A stretch of 63,897 nucleotides of DNA, filler included, from Choristocarpus tenellus KU-1152 (lineage: Eukaryota > Protista > Phaeophyceae), in assembly GCA_964200185.2 (NCBI GenBank). It is 12 parts of 12 records of this genome, joined end to end, with 100 filler letters (N's around TTAATTAATTAA, not from the genome) between each part and the next. Parts side by side here need not be neighbours in the genome. Positions count along the whole stretch, not along the records: positions 61,057 to 63,897 come from CAXNAD020024284.1; 11 more parts are not named here. One strand, written 5' to 3'. Under the pieces are notes generated by a model. That model worked only from the letters and a program-made list of their open reading frames with translations, had not been told where the DNA came from and made no database searches. Positions 62,811 to 63,897 of the stretch are shown in pieces. Each line of letters opens with the position of its first letter. Position 1 is the first letter of the stretch. Both the position numbers and the translations under genes were made by a program.

Positions 62811-63897
62811 AGGGGGGGATATTTTATGGCAACGAAATCAGCAAACGAGAAGGATATCGATGCCGGGACGGATACTATTGTTGGGCGATGATAGCAGGGG
62901 TATTGTTGTATAAACAGTGACAGAGTATGGGTTCAATGATGACAGGACCTGTAGGGAGTGCGAGGTTCATGTCCATGCATGGGCTAGGCAAACGTGAGAT
63001 GATATGGGCAAAGCACAGTTGTCGTCATGAGGACGGCGCAGCTTCTTCCGTGGAGACTAATATTTGTGAACATTTGTCGAACGGTAAACCTCGCTGACAT
63101 GGAAGGAATATTGAATATGAGAAGGCACCAATACCGTACGCAGATGAAAAGGATTTACGCGCCGACCCGGGTTAGATGTCGGGAGGGCGACCATGCACAG
63201 TCAATGAAGAAATTTGATGTGTTATGTCGGACGGTAAAGGCCATCAATTTCGAAGGCACAGCAAAACGGTTGGGGGTAGAGTGTACTGATTTGGAACAAG
63301 CATGGAAAGCAGAAAAACATCAAGTTGAACCGCAAAAGCGGATGCATAAATGCACCAGTTTGAAACGAATTTCCAATTTTGGAATGTACTTCGAAGTAGA
63401 AATTTGGTATGTTCTGCCAGTTGGCAGAAGCCATAAAAATTCTAAAGTGAGGTTACCGCGGTTTTTTTACTAAGCGACGCGCGTGTGTTGATACCAACGA
63501 GCGAGTTAAATCGAGATTGCGTTGCGACAAAATACGAACCTTATCGGAAACGTTCTAATCGTATCGGAGCCCTAATATGTGCGAATCGATGGTGTCACTG
63601 CATAGCATTTGACAGATGGATGTTGTGGTGCGTGGAATTAGGCCGTGGAATCCTAGTTCTATTTCGGATCGGTTTTCTGATTACTCTCAACACATGTCAC
63701 TGCAAAAAAAGGACGGTGACTGGGTCAAAATATCTGCGGGGGGGGGGTGGTTTGTAAGGGACGACTGAAGACAGCAATTGCTATAATTTCTGAGTGCCTT
63801 GTTGGGACCGACACGGATGCCCCCTCACAAACCACCACCCCCCCCCAGATCCTTTGACCCGTCCGCCCACCAGAACAGGGGTATTCTTAATGAATCA

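Noticed and set aside
63027-63473. 148-aa ORF
   Set aside because: No motif or splice support; likely upstream non-coding region of the minus-strand pseudogene

Overview
Repeat-rich eukaryotic nuclear DNA with spliceosomal introns and TTAGGG-type repeats. A stramenopile or brown-alga-like source is my inference, not proven. The window is not one contiguous locus: it is 12 short contigs joined by eleven artificial 100-bp linkers (N44-TTAATTAATTAA-N44), so adjacency across linkers is meaningless. Host genes are a complete 3-exon SPF27/BCAS2, a 5-exon CRAL-TRIO/Sec14 gene, a CCDC66/CSPP1-like gene head-to-head with a TPR gene, a BUD22/SRFBP1-like 5' part, the 3' end of EF-1alpha and some hypothetical exons. 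Most other sequence is decayed mobile DNA: three Copia relics with solo LTRs, a Gypsy pol, a CRE-like non-LTR RT, a DD39D mariner/Stowaway relic, and more than 20 copies or ends of short TIR elements sharing an AAAGTATCT terminal core. Three things stand out. (1) Two diverged, decayed copies of the same unrecognised protein family (about 400 homologous codons) lie on different contigs, one preceded by tandem arrays. (2) An intron-containing Cys-rich Sola2-like transposase relic has a terminus matching one MITE subfamily and is its probable mobiliser. (3) The CCDC66-like protein carries a four-fold GL[KR]G[ML]W repeat.
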